Assembly (NCBI GenBank): GCA_022449785.1
Contig: JAKURQ010000004.1
Coordinates: 1 to 48,660 of the forward strand
Reading direction: 5' to 3'
Source: Candidatus Poseidoniia archaeon
GTDB taxonomy: Archaea; Thermoplasmatota; Poseidoniia; MGIII; CG-Epi1
DNA: 48,660 nucleotides
Part shown: piece by piece, positions 10,250 to 19,736 of the stretch
Numbering within the stretch: position 1 is the first letter of the stretch
Layout: each line of letters opens with the position of its first letter
The notes under the pieces: model-generated
What the model was told of the DNA's origin: nothing
The model's database searches: none
What the model saw: the letters and a program-made list of their open reading frames with translations, nothing else
Made by a program: the position numbers and the translations under genes

Positions 10250-10753
10250 ATGGCCAAGAAAAACCCAGCCCACATGTTTAGGGGCAAGAAAAAAGCTTAT
10301 ACTAGAAAAAAGTACATAGGTGGTGTTCCAGCTAGCCGTATAACTCAATTTGATGTTGGCGATACCAAAGCTGATTTTGCAGTTAAAGTCACGCTTTCAG
10401 CTCAAGAAGAATGTTTGATAAGGCATAATGCGTTAGAGTCTGCTAGAGTTACAGCCAATAGATATATTCAAACCCATGCAGGTAGAGATGGCTATCATCT
10501 AAAAGTAAGAATATATCCTCATCATGTTTTAAGACATAATAAGATTGCTCAGGGTGCAGGTGCAGATCGTGTTTCGATGGGTATGAGAAAGTCGTTTGGA
10601 AGAACAGTAGGAACAGCGGCTCGTGTTAATTCAGGGCAGCAATTGATTACTTTGAGTACTACTGAAGAATTTGCTCTTGAAGCGAAAGAAGCATTAAGAA
10701 AATCTTCACATAAACTCCCAACTCCCTGTTCAATTAAGGTAAATCAAGGATAG
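10250..10753 (+). CDS. rpl10e: 50S ribosomal protein L10e (uL16)
   Basis: 167 aa. The N-terminal RGKKKAYTRKKYIGGVP and the overall sequence are typical of archaeal L10e. Confidence 0.92.
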   Translation: MAKKNPAHMFRGKKKAYTRKKYIGGVPASRITQFDVGDTKADFAVKVTLSAQEECLIRHNALESARVTANRYIQTHAGRDGYHLKVRIYPHHVLRHNKIAQGAGADRVSMGMRKSFGRTVGTAARVNSGQQLITLSTTEEFALEAKEALRKSSHKLPTPCSIKVNQG

Positions 10754-11005
10754 ATGGCTGAAGTCGTTAAAAAACTAGGATTACCCCCTCAAGATGGTTT
10801 TCTATATTTTGTTGAAAAAGACGGTACTGTTTGGAAACATCAAGGTGGAAAGAAAACAATAATTTCAAAAGCTAAAGTTGAGCGTGAAGAAGGTTATTTG
10901 TATTTTATAGATCTCAATGGTGATTTAGCAAAGAAGGCTAATCCCCAACAGAGAGATTCAGAAACTAACAAATTATACAAACCAGGCACGCAAATAGAGA
11001 GATAA
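10754..11005 (+). CDS. hypothetical protein with internal duplicated G[FY]LYF-x(3-4)-G motif
   Basis: 83 aa. Its ATG directly abuts the rpl10e stop codon. Two related segments are present (QDGFLYFVEKDGTVWK and EEGYLYFIDLNGDLAK). I did not recognise a family. Confidence 0.55.
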   Translation: MAEVVKKLGLPPQDGFLYFVEKDGTVWKHQGGKKTIISKAKVEREEGYLYFIDLNGDLAKKANPQQRDSETNKLYKPGTQIER

Positions 11006-11016
11006 TAATTATTTTT

Positions 11017-11715
11017 TCACCAGAATTTCCACCATGGTTTTTGGTTTGGTAGTGTCCTTTCTCTCATCCTCTCTGCATATTCATCATCGCCTTCAGATAG
11101 TCCTTTGATTATAGCTACATCCATACTTCTGTAGGCAATTTTACCTGCTGGGCTCATATCTTTCAAAAGATTTAGTGTATTACTAGTTAAGCCATTCAAA
11201 ATTTCAAATCTTTTTTTATCAAAATCAATTTCACCAGAGGCCGAGACGTTTTCCCCAACTGCATCGGAAATTAAGTTAGATAAATCAACTTCACCATCGC
11301 TTTCTTTTTCTCTAAACCAGATTGCAAATCCTGCTAAAAAACTGATTTCATTATTAATCCATTCACCTGCAGTTCTTGCTTCTAAGTCTCTAACTACGAT
11401 GCCCTCTTCAGCCCAATATTTGCCTAAATGCGGAGCTATCTTATTCTCAATGGTTTTTTTCAGGTCGGATTTTTCTTTTTCTCTTAGTTTTACTTTCTCT
11501 CCTATATTTTCTGAGATCCATTCGTAATTACAATAGATTTTCAGTTCTTCATCTGAATCTCTATGAAAAAAAGCGTCTGAACCAGGTATCGAAATTAGTT
11601 CAGCTATTTCTTCGATTTCTAAGCCAGATCTTTCTTTTGCTTCTTCAATAGTATATTTATTTCCAATTAAAGAAAGGAAAAGTTTAGCTAAGTCTCCATT
11701 CCCAGGATCCTTCAG
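11017..11715 (-). CDS. hypothetical protein; ORF without canonical start codon (possible CTG start coupled to IPK stop)
   Basis: The frame is open from the in-frame stop at 11725-11727 down to 11017, about 235 codons. My manual translation of 11200-11724 found no in-frame ATG, GTG or TTG before the TTG at 11199, which the track used. The translation looks coding (...DPGNGDLAKLFLSLIGNKYTIEEAKERSGLEIEEIAELI...). CTG at 11715-11713 overlaps the IPK TGA in a CTGA geometry. An SD-like AAGGTGG lies at 11726-11720. Confidence 0.5.
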   Translation of the reverse strand: MKDPGNGDLAKLFLSLIGNKYTIEEAKERSGLEIEEIAELISIPGSDAFFHRDSDEELKIYCNYEWISENIGEKVKLREKEKSDLKKTIENKIAPHLGKYWAEEGIVVRDLEARTAGEWINNEISFLAGFAIWFREKESDGEVDLSNLISDAVGENVSASGEIDFDKKRFEILNGLTSNTLNLLKDMSPAGKIAYRSMDVAIIKGLSEGDDEYAERMRERTLPNQKPWWKFW

Positions 11716-12485
11716 AGTACCACCTTACTACCTAGAGGTTTTTTATCAAAGAATCCTTTCAATAAGTCTAAATTAGTTATCCAAGTTTCGCTATAATTTG
11801 CCATTTCAACGGCACATTCAATCTTGCCAACTAGTCCTCCAGTGACGTCAGCCCCTTTTTGATTACTGTTGAGATTCTTTATGGTTTCAATGTTAATAAT
11901 AGATTTGATTTTAGAGTCAGGATTATTTGGGTCACCATCATAAACTCCGGGATGATCCATAACAAAAATCGAGTACAATGGTTCATAGTATTTTGTCAAT
12001 TCCATCATCAAAATATCACCACTTAGTATACTTATTCCCTGTTTTTCATCTTGAGTTACATCTCCAAAGGTTACAGGTATCTTATTTTCTTTGAGTGCTC
12101 TGTCAAACAATTCAAATGGGAAATCTATAATTTCTTTGGGACCATTGGTGGTCATTGTTGACGAAGGTGCTATTGAAGCTGTGCTTATTCCTTCCGCATT
12201 CATGTAATTGCACAAAATATTATTTAATTCTTGTACTTGTTCTCGTGTTTCCTTTATAGCTTTTTCCTGCCCATGACTTCCATCTAAACCTGTAGCAATA
12301 CCAAATTTCTTAGCAATAGGATGTCCAAATGACCCAGCACCGTGCACGACAATTAAATCGTAGTTCTTTTGGTTTAGAATTTTACCAATTGCCTCTAAAT
12401 GCAAACGATTTATTTTGGGTTTATCACTTGATTTGTCTGTAATTAGGGAACCTCCAAATTTCACAATAACCATTTCTTTTTTCAT
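11712..12485 (-). CDS. isopentenyl phosphate kinase (amino acid kinase family)
   Basis: 257 aa. It has VKFGGSLITDK and VHGAGSFGH motifs, typical of archaeal IPK from the modified mevalonate pathway. Confidence 0.85.
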   Translation of the reverse strand: MKKEMVIVKFGGSLITDKSSDKPKINRLHLEAIGKILNQKNYDLIVVHGAGSFGHPIAKKFGIATGLDGSHGQEKAIKETREQVQELNNILCNYMNAEGISTASIAPSSTMTTNGPKEIIDFPFELFDRALKENKIPVTFGDVTQDEKQGISILSGDILMMELTKYYEPLYSIFVMDHPGVYDGDPNNPDSKIKSIINIETIKNLNSNQKGADVTGGLVGKIECAVEMANYSETWITNLDLLKGFFDKKPLGSKVVL

Positions 12486-12560
12486 CTATGCTCTAATGTC
12501 TATAGCTGGGCAGTCTAAAAGATGCAGTACCTCTCTAAATAGTAAGTTCTTTAGGACTGT

Positions 12561-13685
12561 GTGCAGAACAAAATAACGCTTGCCTTGTTTGGAGCTCTAT
12601 GTTACAATATAACTCAAGGTCTTGCATTCACTATCGTTAGATTACAGGCCAATGCTTTAGGTGATTTTAGAACTCTAGGCTTAGTAGTTGGTTTACCAAA
12701 TCTGGCTTTAGTTGCAGGCTCGACTTTTTGGGGAATAGTTGCTGATCGATGGCAAAATAGAAGAGAAGTTGTTGTATTATGTGCTATAATATCAGCAATT
12801 TTATATCTTCCATTACCTTGGCTAGGTCCTATTAATCTGGTTATTGTGAGGACCATTCAATCCTTTTTTTTAGGAGGAATGGTTCAGATTGCAACTTTAT
12901 TTTCTGAACTTGACCCAAAAGCACGTGCAACACTAATGGGCAGATTAGAATCAGCATTAGGTTTTGGTTGGGGTGCTGGCGCTTTTTTTGGAGGAGTATT
13001 AGTATTATCAACAGACTATGGCTTAGCTACACCTTCTGTTATTCTTTCATTCTTTTTAACAGCAGCAATTGGAATTTTTGCAGTTGTTGGTTATATGAGC
13101 GTGACGGAGCGCTCTGTTCCACGAGAGAATGAAGACCTAGACTTTTCATCATATTTTTGGAAATTATCACGACTTTTTGTAACTACTTTTGTTCTCTTTA
13201 TGGGCTATATGTTTTTCCTAAGTTTTTCTCCAGTTTACCTAACTGATATTGCAGGTTCTAGTTTTGGGATGGGCATAATAGTTCTATTTAGTGGAATCAT
13301 TCATGCTATAGTTGCACCATATGCAGGTAGATTGGTAGACAAGTATCCTAGAGAGTTGGCAATCAGAATTGCTTGCAGTCTGGTTCTACTATCTATGGTT
13401 ACTTATTCAATTACTGAAAATGTATATATTGTTGGCATAGTTTTTGTTTTACCAATATACATGACTTTCTTTCTTGGCGCCCGTTCAATAGTTGCAGATA
13501 CAGTTCCATATCAATTAAGGGCTAGGGCCATGGGTTTACTTTCTTCATTTAGTCTTTTAGGAAGTGGTCTTGGAAGTATTCTAGTTGGAGAATTACTTCT
13601 ACACTTTGATTACCAGAGAGTATTTCAAATGGGAGCATTTGTATCTTTAATTGCCTTGTTAGTAGGCTGGAAAAAATATCAATGA
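12561..13685 (+). CDS. MFS transporter
   Basis: 374 aa with a GTG start. It has about 10-12 hydrophobic helices and an MFS-like loop motif (GIVADRWQNRR). Confidence 0.8.
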   Translation: MQNKITLALFGALCYNITQGLAFTIVRLQANALGDFRTLGLVVGLPNLALVAGSTFWGIVADRWQNRREVVVLCAIISAILYLPLPWLGPINLVIVRTIQSFFLGGMVQIATLFSELDPKARATLMGRLESALGFGWGAGAFFGGVLVLSTDYGLATPSVILSFFLTAAIGIFAVVGYMSVTERSVPRENEDLDFSSYFWKLSRLFVTTFVLFMGYMFFLSFSPVYLTDIAGSSFGMGIIVLFSGIIHAIVAPYAGRLVDKYPRELAIRIACSLVLLSMVTYSITENVYIVGIVFVLPIYMTFFLGARSIVADTVPYQLRARAMGLLSSFSLLGSGLGSILVGELLLHFDYQRVFQMGAFVSLIALLVGWKKYQ

Positions 13686-14737
13686 GATTTTATTACAATT
13701 CCTCTCTCAATTAGATATTCAATAACAAAATTGTAGTTCTCTTCATTCATTCCTAATACTTCTGGACATTGCATCCCTTTGGTAAGCATATTTTTAGAAA
13801 TTAAAAGTTCTGTAAATGCACAGGCAGTTAATCCTGTTGTTCTTGACATACTGCTCCAACCATCTGTCCTTTCATCATAAACTGTATAACTTATTTCTTT
13901 TCCATCCTCAATTGTTGCTACAATAAGCATAAATGTAAATTCGTCTTCATCAGTCAATTTCCAATGTTCAAATAATTCTTGACATGTCTCTTCTCTTTTT
14001 TCTTCTGAGAAGTCGCCATTTTCTATTAATTTTCTAACTAAATCTGCATGTCCTGGATACCTGATGGTATATTCACTAAAATTTGGAACTTGGGAAATCT
14101 TTTTGTTTGAATTTAATAAAGTTCTTAATCCATCTGTCAAAAAGGCTTCTAATTCTCCTATTCCTTCAACCTCAAAACTTTGAATATCAGATAAGGCTTC
14201 TTTTACAACAACTTCATTGTTATTTTTTATCCTTGCAGGCCTAGTATATTCCTCAATAACATCTATTGGTGAGAAAGGAGCACGATAGTTCCAGGGTGGG
14301 TTCTTTTTCTTCGGTAAACCACCTACCATTATCTTAACGTTTTTAACCTTATTTTTTGATATTATGTTACCAACAATCAAATTGCTTAAACCAGGAGCAA
14401 CTCCTGCATCAGGAACCACAGTGCATTTTCCATTTTCTGCCTTTTTCGCTAGGACAAGGCAATCTTCTGGCATAAATGAGATATCTACACATGGCACATT
14501 AAGACTAACAAGTGTCTTTAGCATATTAAATCCCATAAATCCTGGCAAGCAGTTAATTGCAATATTGTAGTCAGTGATTTCTTTCCGAAATTCTTCTTGA
14601 GTCACGTCCCTAATGACTGTCTTGACATTGCGCAGATCCAAATGAGAATTATCAAAGACAGTTACATCATAATCGTTTGATAATTCTGTTGCAATTAGAG
14701 AGCCAACCATACCTCCCCCTAAGACTGCAATTTTCAT
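13679..14737 (-). CDS. saccharopine dehydrogenase-like NAD(P)-binding oxidoreductase
   Basis: 352 aa. It has an N-terminal Rossmann motif (KIAVLGGGMVGS) and a C-terminal region resembling the saccharopine dehydrogenase family. The substrate is not inferable. Confidence 0.7.
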   Translation of the reverse strand: MKIAVLGGGMVGSLIATELSNDYDVTVFDNSHLDLRNVKTVIRDVTQEEFRKEITDYNIAINCLPGFMGFNMLKTLVSLNVPCVDISFMPEDCLVLAKKAENGKCTVVPDAGVAPGLSNLIVGNIISKNKVKNVKIMVGGLPKKKNPPWNYRAPFSPIDVIEEYTRPARIKNNNEVVVKEALSDIQSFEVEGIGELEAFLTDGLRTLLNSNKKISQVPNFSEYTIRYPGHADLVRKLIENGDFSEEKREETCQELFEHWKLTDEDEFTFMLIVATIEDGKEISYTVYDERTDGWSSMSRTTGLTACAFTELLISKNMLTKGMQCPEVLGMNEENYNFVIEYLIERGIVIKSH

Positions 14738-14743
14738 TTCCAG

Positions 14744-15100
14744 TTAAAGACTCAATTTCTTTCTTGAAACGCGGACACTTTTTGGAGTTGCTACAATCCA
14801 TTTTTGGCTAACGCCCACTAAATCACCATCAATATCTGCTACAGCTCTTTCTAGTTCTGCCAAAATTTTGTGAAGTGTTTCTTGATCAGATGTCAAAGGC
14901 GTAAAATCAATCATTATGATATTACCATCATGTAATTCAGTAGTTATCTGATTAACTTGTTCAGGTTTACTAAGTAGCATTGTGTGAACTACCATAGATG
15001 CTTTGCCGCCATAATCTTCTGCATTATCAGCACTCCAATTTCTTAAATCAAAAAATTGCTCTGTAGGTATTCTTCTCATTTGAGGTGGGCTAGATGCCAT
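14744..15100 (-). CDS. sepF: cell division protein SepF homologue (DUF552-like)
   Basis: 118 aa. The pattern is typical of SepF: a short N-terminus, then VVHTMLLSKPEQVNQITTELHDGNIIMIDFTPL...DIDGDLVGVSQKWIVATP. Confidence 0.7.
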   Translation of the reverse strand: MASSPPQMRRIPTEQFFDLRNWSADNAEDYGGKASMVVHTMLLSKPEQVNQITTELHDGNIIMIDFTPLTSDQETLHKILAELERAVADIDGDLVGVSQKWIVATPKSVRVSRKKLSL

Positions 15101-15120
15101 GTTTGAACATTTAGTTGTGG

Positions 15121-18100
15121 TTAATTAGGCTTCCGACGCACCATACTTGCAATAGCGGCAATCACAAAAATAACTATAGGAATACTTGGAGCTGGCAAAA
15201 TACCGGTTTTTCTTTCAGATTTGAATGTTGCTGTAGTTGTCAGATTGTTATTTTCTACAATTACTTCTCCTTCAGGAACATATGCTACAACCTCAAATTC
15301 TCTTATTCCGGTGATACTTACCCATTCATAACTGAACATTTGAGATTCTGTTGGCTTTATTTCGTATGACCAAGTTTTCACGACTTCCCCCTCAATCAAT
15401 AAGTCTACAGTACCTATTGCCTCTTGTCCATTGTATATACTAGTTTGATAGGTTTCGTTATAATTCTTGAGAACGAATTCTATGGTCTGTGTTTTACCAG
15501 TTTCCTTTGTGCCTTTAACTTCTATTGAATCCACATAAATATCAACCCATCCCAAGACTTCAACAGTACTAATATTGGTTCTATAATTGCCCATTTCATC
15601 AGTTAGTTGATATTCTAGTACCATTGTTCCCGTATATTCAACTTCAAAGATGACATTGAAATTTGCTCCTTGGTCATTATATAACAAGACAGCCATTTCA
15701 TTCCCCTCGAAATCATAGGCAGTTATCTTCAATGAATCAATAACAGCCTCACTTTCTTCGTCATAAGCATTTAGGTACAATTCAAAGTCTTCACCATATC
15801 TTGGTTTTTCAGGGAATGTACTCATTATTCCCCATGGTTTGTAGTCTGCATAAAATTCCATCTCATAATAACTAGTACCAACAGGTTCTTGTAAAACTGT
15901 GAGTTTGATGATGTGATCCCCTCCAGTTTCAATAAGGGTGGTAATTATTTCATCAGTTCCTGCAAGTTCATTGCCATCCAGAGCCCATATGTAGCTCAAT
16001 TCAAGTCCTTTTTCACCAATTGATTCAGATCCGTTCCAAAATCCATTTGATTTGGAAGCATCAAAAGTAAGCCATTCCCCCTCATTAATACCTTGATCAA
16101 ATTCAAAATGTGCATATGGATTATCATAGACAAATATTTTCATTGAGAAATTTTCAGCCCATAGATTTGTTTCAGTATCTCTTCCGGATACTTTGAGGAG
16201 GTATTCACCTTGCAACCATTCATTCCAATCAATCTCTAGTGAATCCTCAGTACCTGTGTAATTGAGAAATAAATAGGTGTTTTCTATTTCTAATTTCTCA
16301 ATATTCCACATATAAAAATTGAATTCTCCGTTTTCAGAGATAGTTTGAAGCTTTACACTATCTCCTATTGCTAAGTTGATATATTCTTCCCAGTCGCTAA
16401 TAGTCAAAGAAGGTACATTTTCAGTAATAATAGTGAATATTTCAGTGTTTTCTCCACCCCTGCTGTCCAATACTCTCAACTCTACAGTTGTTTGTTCTGT
16501 AAAAATAAATTCTATATTTTCTCCAGTTAAACTTTCTTCATTTATAGTCCAAAAGAATTCTAAGTTATCTCCTTCATTGTCAAAAGTTGTACTTCCATCA
16601 ATAATGATGGCTCTATCTTTAGGGACTTTCCATTCATTATTGCCTAAATTTATACCATCAGGGATTCGTATTGCTGGGCTTGGTGGCGCATTATCTATTT
16701 CAATCTCAATTGTAGTTGAATTTACACCATTTTGATCGTCAGTTACTGATAGTGTAACTGCATATGTCCCCGGTAAATCAAATTGATGCTCAGGATTTTG
16801 GGAATCAGAGTTTGTTCCATCACCAAAGTCCCAATTCCACTGTTCAATATCACCATCATCATCGTACGATAAATCACTGAATTGAAATGATACTAATGTA
16901 TCTCCTGTATCAGGATTAACTTCAAAGTTAACTATTGGTAATTTATTTATGACTTCTATTGAGTAATACACAGTAGTAATATCATTTAAATCATCTATTA
17001 TCTTCAAGGAAACATTGTAGATCCCTGAATTTTTGTATTCATGTTCAGCCAACGCTTGGTTTGAAGTGTAACCGTCATCGAAGTTCCAATAATAGAATTC
17101 CACATCACCATCTATATCGTATGAGTCAGATGCATCAAATGTTATTATTTCTCCCAACATTATCGTTAATTTAGAGATTTCAACTACCGCAATTGGTGGT
17201 TTATTGACAAATATACTTAGTATCATTGAGTCACATAGGTCATTATTGTCACACACAGTCAATTTAACTTCATATGTACCATTCTGAGTGAAAGTATGTG
17301 TTGGATTATCAATATAGGCGAATTCTCCATCACCAAAGTCCCACGTATAACTTACAATGGTTCCATCTTCATCCCACGATTCATTACCATAAAATTGTAA
17401 TTCTAGCCCCTCTGCTATAACTGCCTCATCAGCATCAGCCACAGCATGTGGTTTTGACAAGAAACTGATATCAATGATTATGTTATCTCCATCTGTTTCT
17501 ATATTCTCTATTTTCCAGCCAGATTCAGTTCCGTTATATGCTAGTGAATTGGGATAAGTGTCTTTTGTAAATGATCCAGAATTATAAGGATCATCACTAT
17601 CTCCATAATTAGTTTTAGAATCAAGATCATCTTCCCCATCAGCCTCCTCTAAATCAACACCCTTGTGTTCTTCATCATTGTTCACACTGTTTGAATTCCA
17701 CTTAGAATCTATAATTTCTTCATCAATATGCCATATTAACAATCCTTCACCAGGTAAATAGGCGTCATAATTTATTTTCTGGCGATTTTCTAACAAGTAG
17801 TATTGTTTTGAATTTGACCAATTACCAGGGATAGGCAAAAGATAAACATCACCATCAGTTTCAATAGGCTTTAACACTAAATTATTGACATCATCAGTGA
17901 TTACTATGGGTTCCACCCATCCAAGTTCATACCTAGACCAAGCGCTTAGGTAAGTAGGTGTTTCACCATTATTCCCCCATGATCCTGAGGCCATGACACC
18001 CCAATCTCCAATTCCAGCAGATGAGCCATCAGTATCATATAAATCTGGCAATCCTATTTCATGCCCAAATTCATGACACCACACACCTAGTGGATTATTT

Positions 18101-18621
18101 TCTCCAACTATAGTTTCATATTCAGGAACTTGGGAAATTTTTCTAATTACATATCCATCATCATCAGTTGATATACTAATACTTGGCCAGTGAACCGACC
18201 AAATATCATCACTATTACCACTTGATTCTTCACCAGGTCCTGAATGAACAACTACTACAGCATCATAATCTCTAAAATCAATATCATCATCTGCAATTTC
18301 TACACTATCTCTTACAAAGTTAGTATTTTCAGTTCCATAATCTGCAGCATCACCATCTAGCGTATATGGCCCATAAACAGTTCCCTGAACATCCAGTTGA
18401 CTTCTTGAAACTTCATCAAAATAATCCCACATAGAATTAGTATCACCAAATGCTAAATCCTCGAAATAATCTTGATCATGATCATCTTGGTAAGCTTGAT
18501 CCTCAAACTCAGAAAGAATAAAAGCAACTTGAATAGTTCCTGTTGAAGGTGCTGCTTCACTAGTTTGTGTTAATAAAACGCTTACGAGTAAAAATCCTAT
18601 TGCAATGTAAAGCGTTTTCAT
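15121..18621 (-). CDS. secreted M6-family (immune inhibitor A-like) zinc metalloprotease with multiple PKD domains and C-terminal membrane anchor
   Basis: 1166 aa. It has a signal peptide (LLTQTSEA/AP) and the HEFGHEIGLPDLYD zinc site. At least three clear PKD repeats are present (WDFGDGEFAY, WNFDDGYTSN, WDFGDGTNSD). The C-terminus is PAPS, then a hydrophobic helix, then RRKPN, which resembles an archaeal sorting signal. Confidence 0.85.
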   Translation of the reverse strand: MKTLYIAIGFLLVSVLLTQTSEAAPSTGTIQVAFILSEFEDQAYQDDHDQDYFEDLAFGDTNSMWDYFDEVSRSQLDVQGTVYGPYTLDGDAADYGTENTNFVRDSVEIADDDIDFRDYDAVVVVHSGPGEESSGNSDDIWSVHWPSISISTDDDGYVIRKISQVPEYETIVGENNPLGVWCHEFGHEIGLPDLYDTDGSSAGIGDWGVMASGSWGNNGETPTYLSAWSRYELGWVEPIVITDDVNNLVLKPIETDGDVYLLPIPGNWSNSKQYYLLENRQKINYDAYLPGEGLLIWHIDEEIIDSKWNSNSVNNDEEHKGVDLEEADGEDDLDSKTNYGDSDDPYNSGSFTKDTYPNSLAYNGTESGWKIENIETDGDNIIIDISFLSKPHAVADADEAVIAEGLELQFYGNESWDEDGTIVSYTWDFGDGEFAYIDNPTHTFTQNGTYEVKLTVCDNNDLCDSMILSIFVNKPPIAVVEISKLTIMLGEIITFDASDSYDIDGDVEFYYWNFDDGYTSNQALAEHEYKNSGIYNVSLKIIDDLNDITTVYYSIEVINKLPIVNFEVNPDTGDTLVSFQFSDLSYDDDGDIEQWNWDFGDGTNSDSQNPEHQFDLPGTYAVTLSVTDDQNGVNSTTIEIEIDNAPPSPAIRIPDGINLGNNEWKVPKDRAIIIDGSTTFDNEGDNLEFFWTINEESLTGENIEFIFTEQTTVELRVLDSRGGENTEIFTIITENVPSLTISDWEEYINLAIGDSVKLQTISENGEFNFYMWNIEKLEIENTYLFLNYTGTEDSLEIDWNEWLQGEYLLKVSGRDTETNLWAENFSMKIFVYDNPYAHFEFDQGINEGEWLTFDASKSNGFWNGSESIGEKGLELSYIWALDGNELAGTDEIITTLIETGGDHIIKLTVLQEPVGTSYYEMEFYADYKPWGIMSTFPEKPRYGEDFELYLNAYDEESEAVIDSLKITAYDFEGNEMAVLLYNDQGANFNVIFEVEYTGTMVLEYQLTDEMGNYRTNISTVEVLGWVDIYVDSIEVKGTKETGKTQTIEFVLKNYNETYQTSIYNGQEAIGTVDLLIEGEVVKTWSYEIKPTESQMFSYEWVSITGIREFEVVAYVPEGEVIVENNNLTTTATFKSERKTGILPAPSIPIVIFVIAAIASMVRRKPN

Positions 18622-18652
18622 AGTTATCCAATTAGTAAACCAATATTAAAGT

Positions 18653-19669
18653 TCAGTTGGAAACAAATCCTAAAGGATCAGATAAGATATTGTCTCTTGC
18701 TTCATGTGTAATCTTAACAGGTCTCTCACCATAGAAAACTTCATTGTTGTTTCTCATAGTTTCAAGCGTACCAACACCCATAGCAAAGTTCACAGCAGCC
18801 CCAGCTCTAAAACCAGCATATTCATCTGGTATTGCATTTAGATAAGCTTTTACAGGTTCAATGTGTTGGCATGCATTGTCAAGCATTGCTTCCAATATTT
18901 CCATAGTTTTATCCTCATTTTCTTGTAGTAAAAGCTCAGAAGGTTTTAATTCATATTTTTCAAATAAGAAACCAGGCCAGAATATTTTCTCATTGTCTAG
19001 TATATCCTCTCTAAAATCTCTAATTATGTTTACTTTTTGCAGGAATAGGCCAAAGTCTCTTTCATTATCCAATAAAATTTGTGAATTTTCATCAGAAATA
19101 TCCTTAGATCTAGTTCTAATCAATTCTGTCAAAAATCCAGATGGAGTTCCAGCAACGTAGTAACAGTATTCATTCAAGTCCTCAAAAGAATAAACTTCTT
19201 GTTTCAAGAATTTTTGCATTCCAAAATTCATTTCCTTTAACCATCGAACCATGCATTCCTTTGTTTTATCATCAAAACTGTCATGCACAGCTAGTACTCT
19301 TTCCATATTCTTTACTAAGTCCCTATATTGAGGATTAGCCACCATTTCATCAGCTGAATCAACTAATTCCTTAGCTTTTTCTTTTGCAGATGCACTACTT
19401 GGACTTTCTAAAACTTCCATCAATAAATTCATTGAGTGAATTCTTTCCTCTAAACTAATTTCTCTCCTCCCGATATCATCCTCAAAAGTATCTAAAATTC
19501 TGGCCTCTAAATAACCAACCATAATTGGTGCCAAAATGTTCTCTTCTACTAGAGGGATAGTAAGGGCAAATGAACGAGATACAGATTGGAGAGCTCCTTT
19601 ACAGTAATCCATGCTTTCTTGAAGTACTTCTCCAGTTTTGCTTTTGACGGCTCCGTACAGGGATGGCAT
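18653..19669 (-). CDS. squalene synthase-type prenyl-diphosphate head-to-head condensing enzyme (squalene/phytoene synthase family)
   Basis: 338 aa. It has SRSFALTIP, the first Asp-rich motif LDTFEDD and the second motif NIIRDFREDILD. These closely match the motifs of eukaryote-type squalene synthase. Confidence 0.8.
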   Translation of the reverse strand: MPSLYGAVKSKTGEVLQESMDYCKGALQSVSRSFALTIPLVEENILAPIMVGYLEARILDTFEDDIGRREISLEERIHSMNLLMEVLESPSSASAKEKAKELVDSADEMVANPQYRDLVKNMERVLAVHDSFDDKTKECMVRWLKEMNFGMQKFLKQEVYSFEDLNEYCYYVAGTPSGFLTELIRTRSKDISDENSQILLDNERDFGLFLQKVNIIRDFREDILDNEKIFWPGFLFEKYELKPSELLLQENEDKTMEILEAMLDNACQHIEPVKAYLNAIPDEYAGFRAGAAVNFAMGVGTLETMRNNNEVFYGERPVKITHEARDNILSDPLGFVSN

Positions 19670-19736
19670 CTTTACCTCGTATTCGGACTACATAAATTGA
19701 CGAAGTATATTTAAAAGTAGGTTTTTCTGACAGCTC

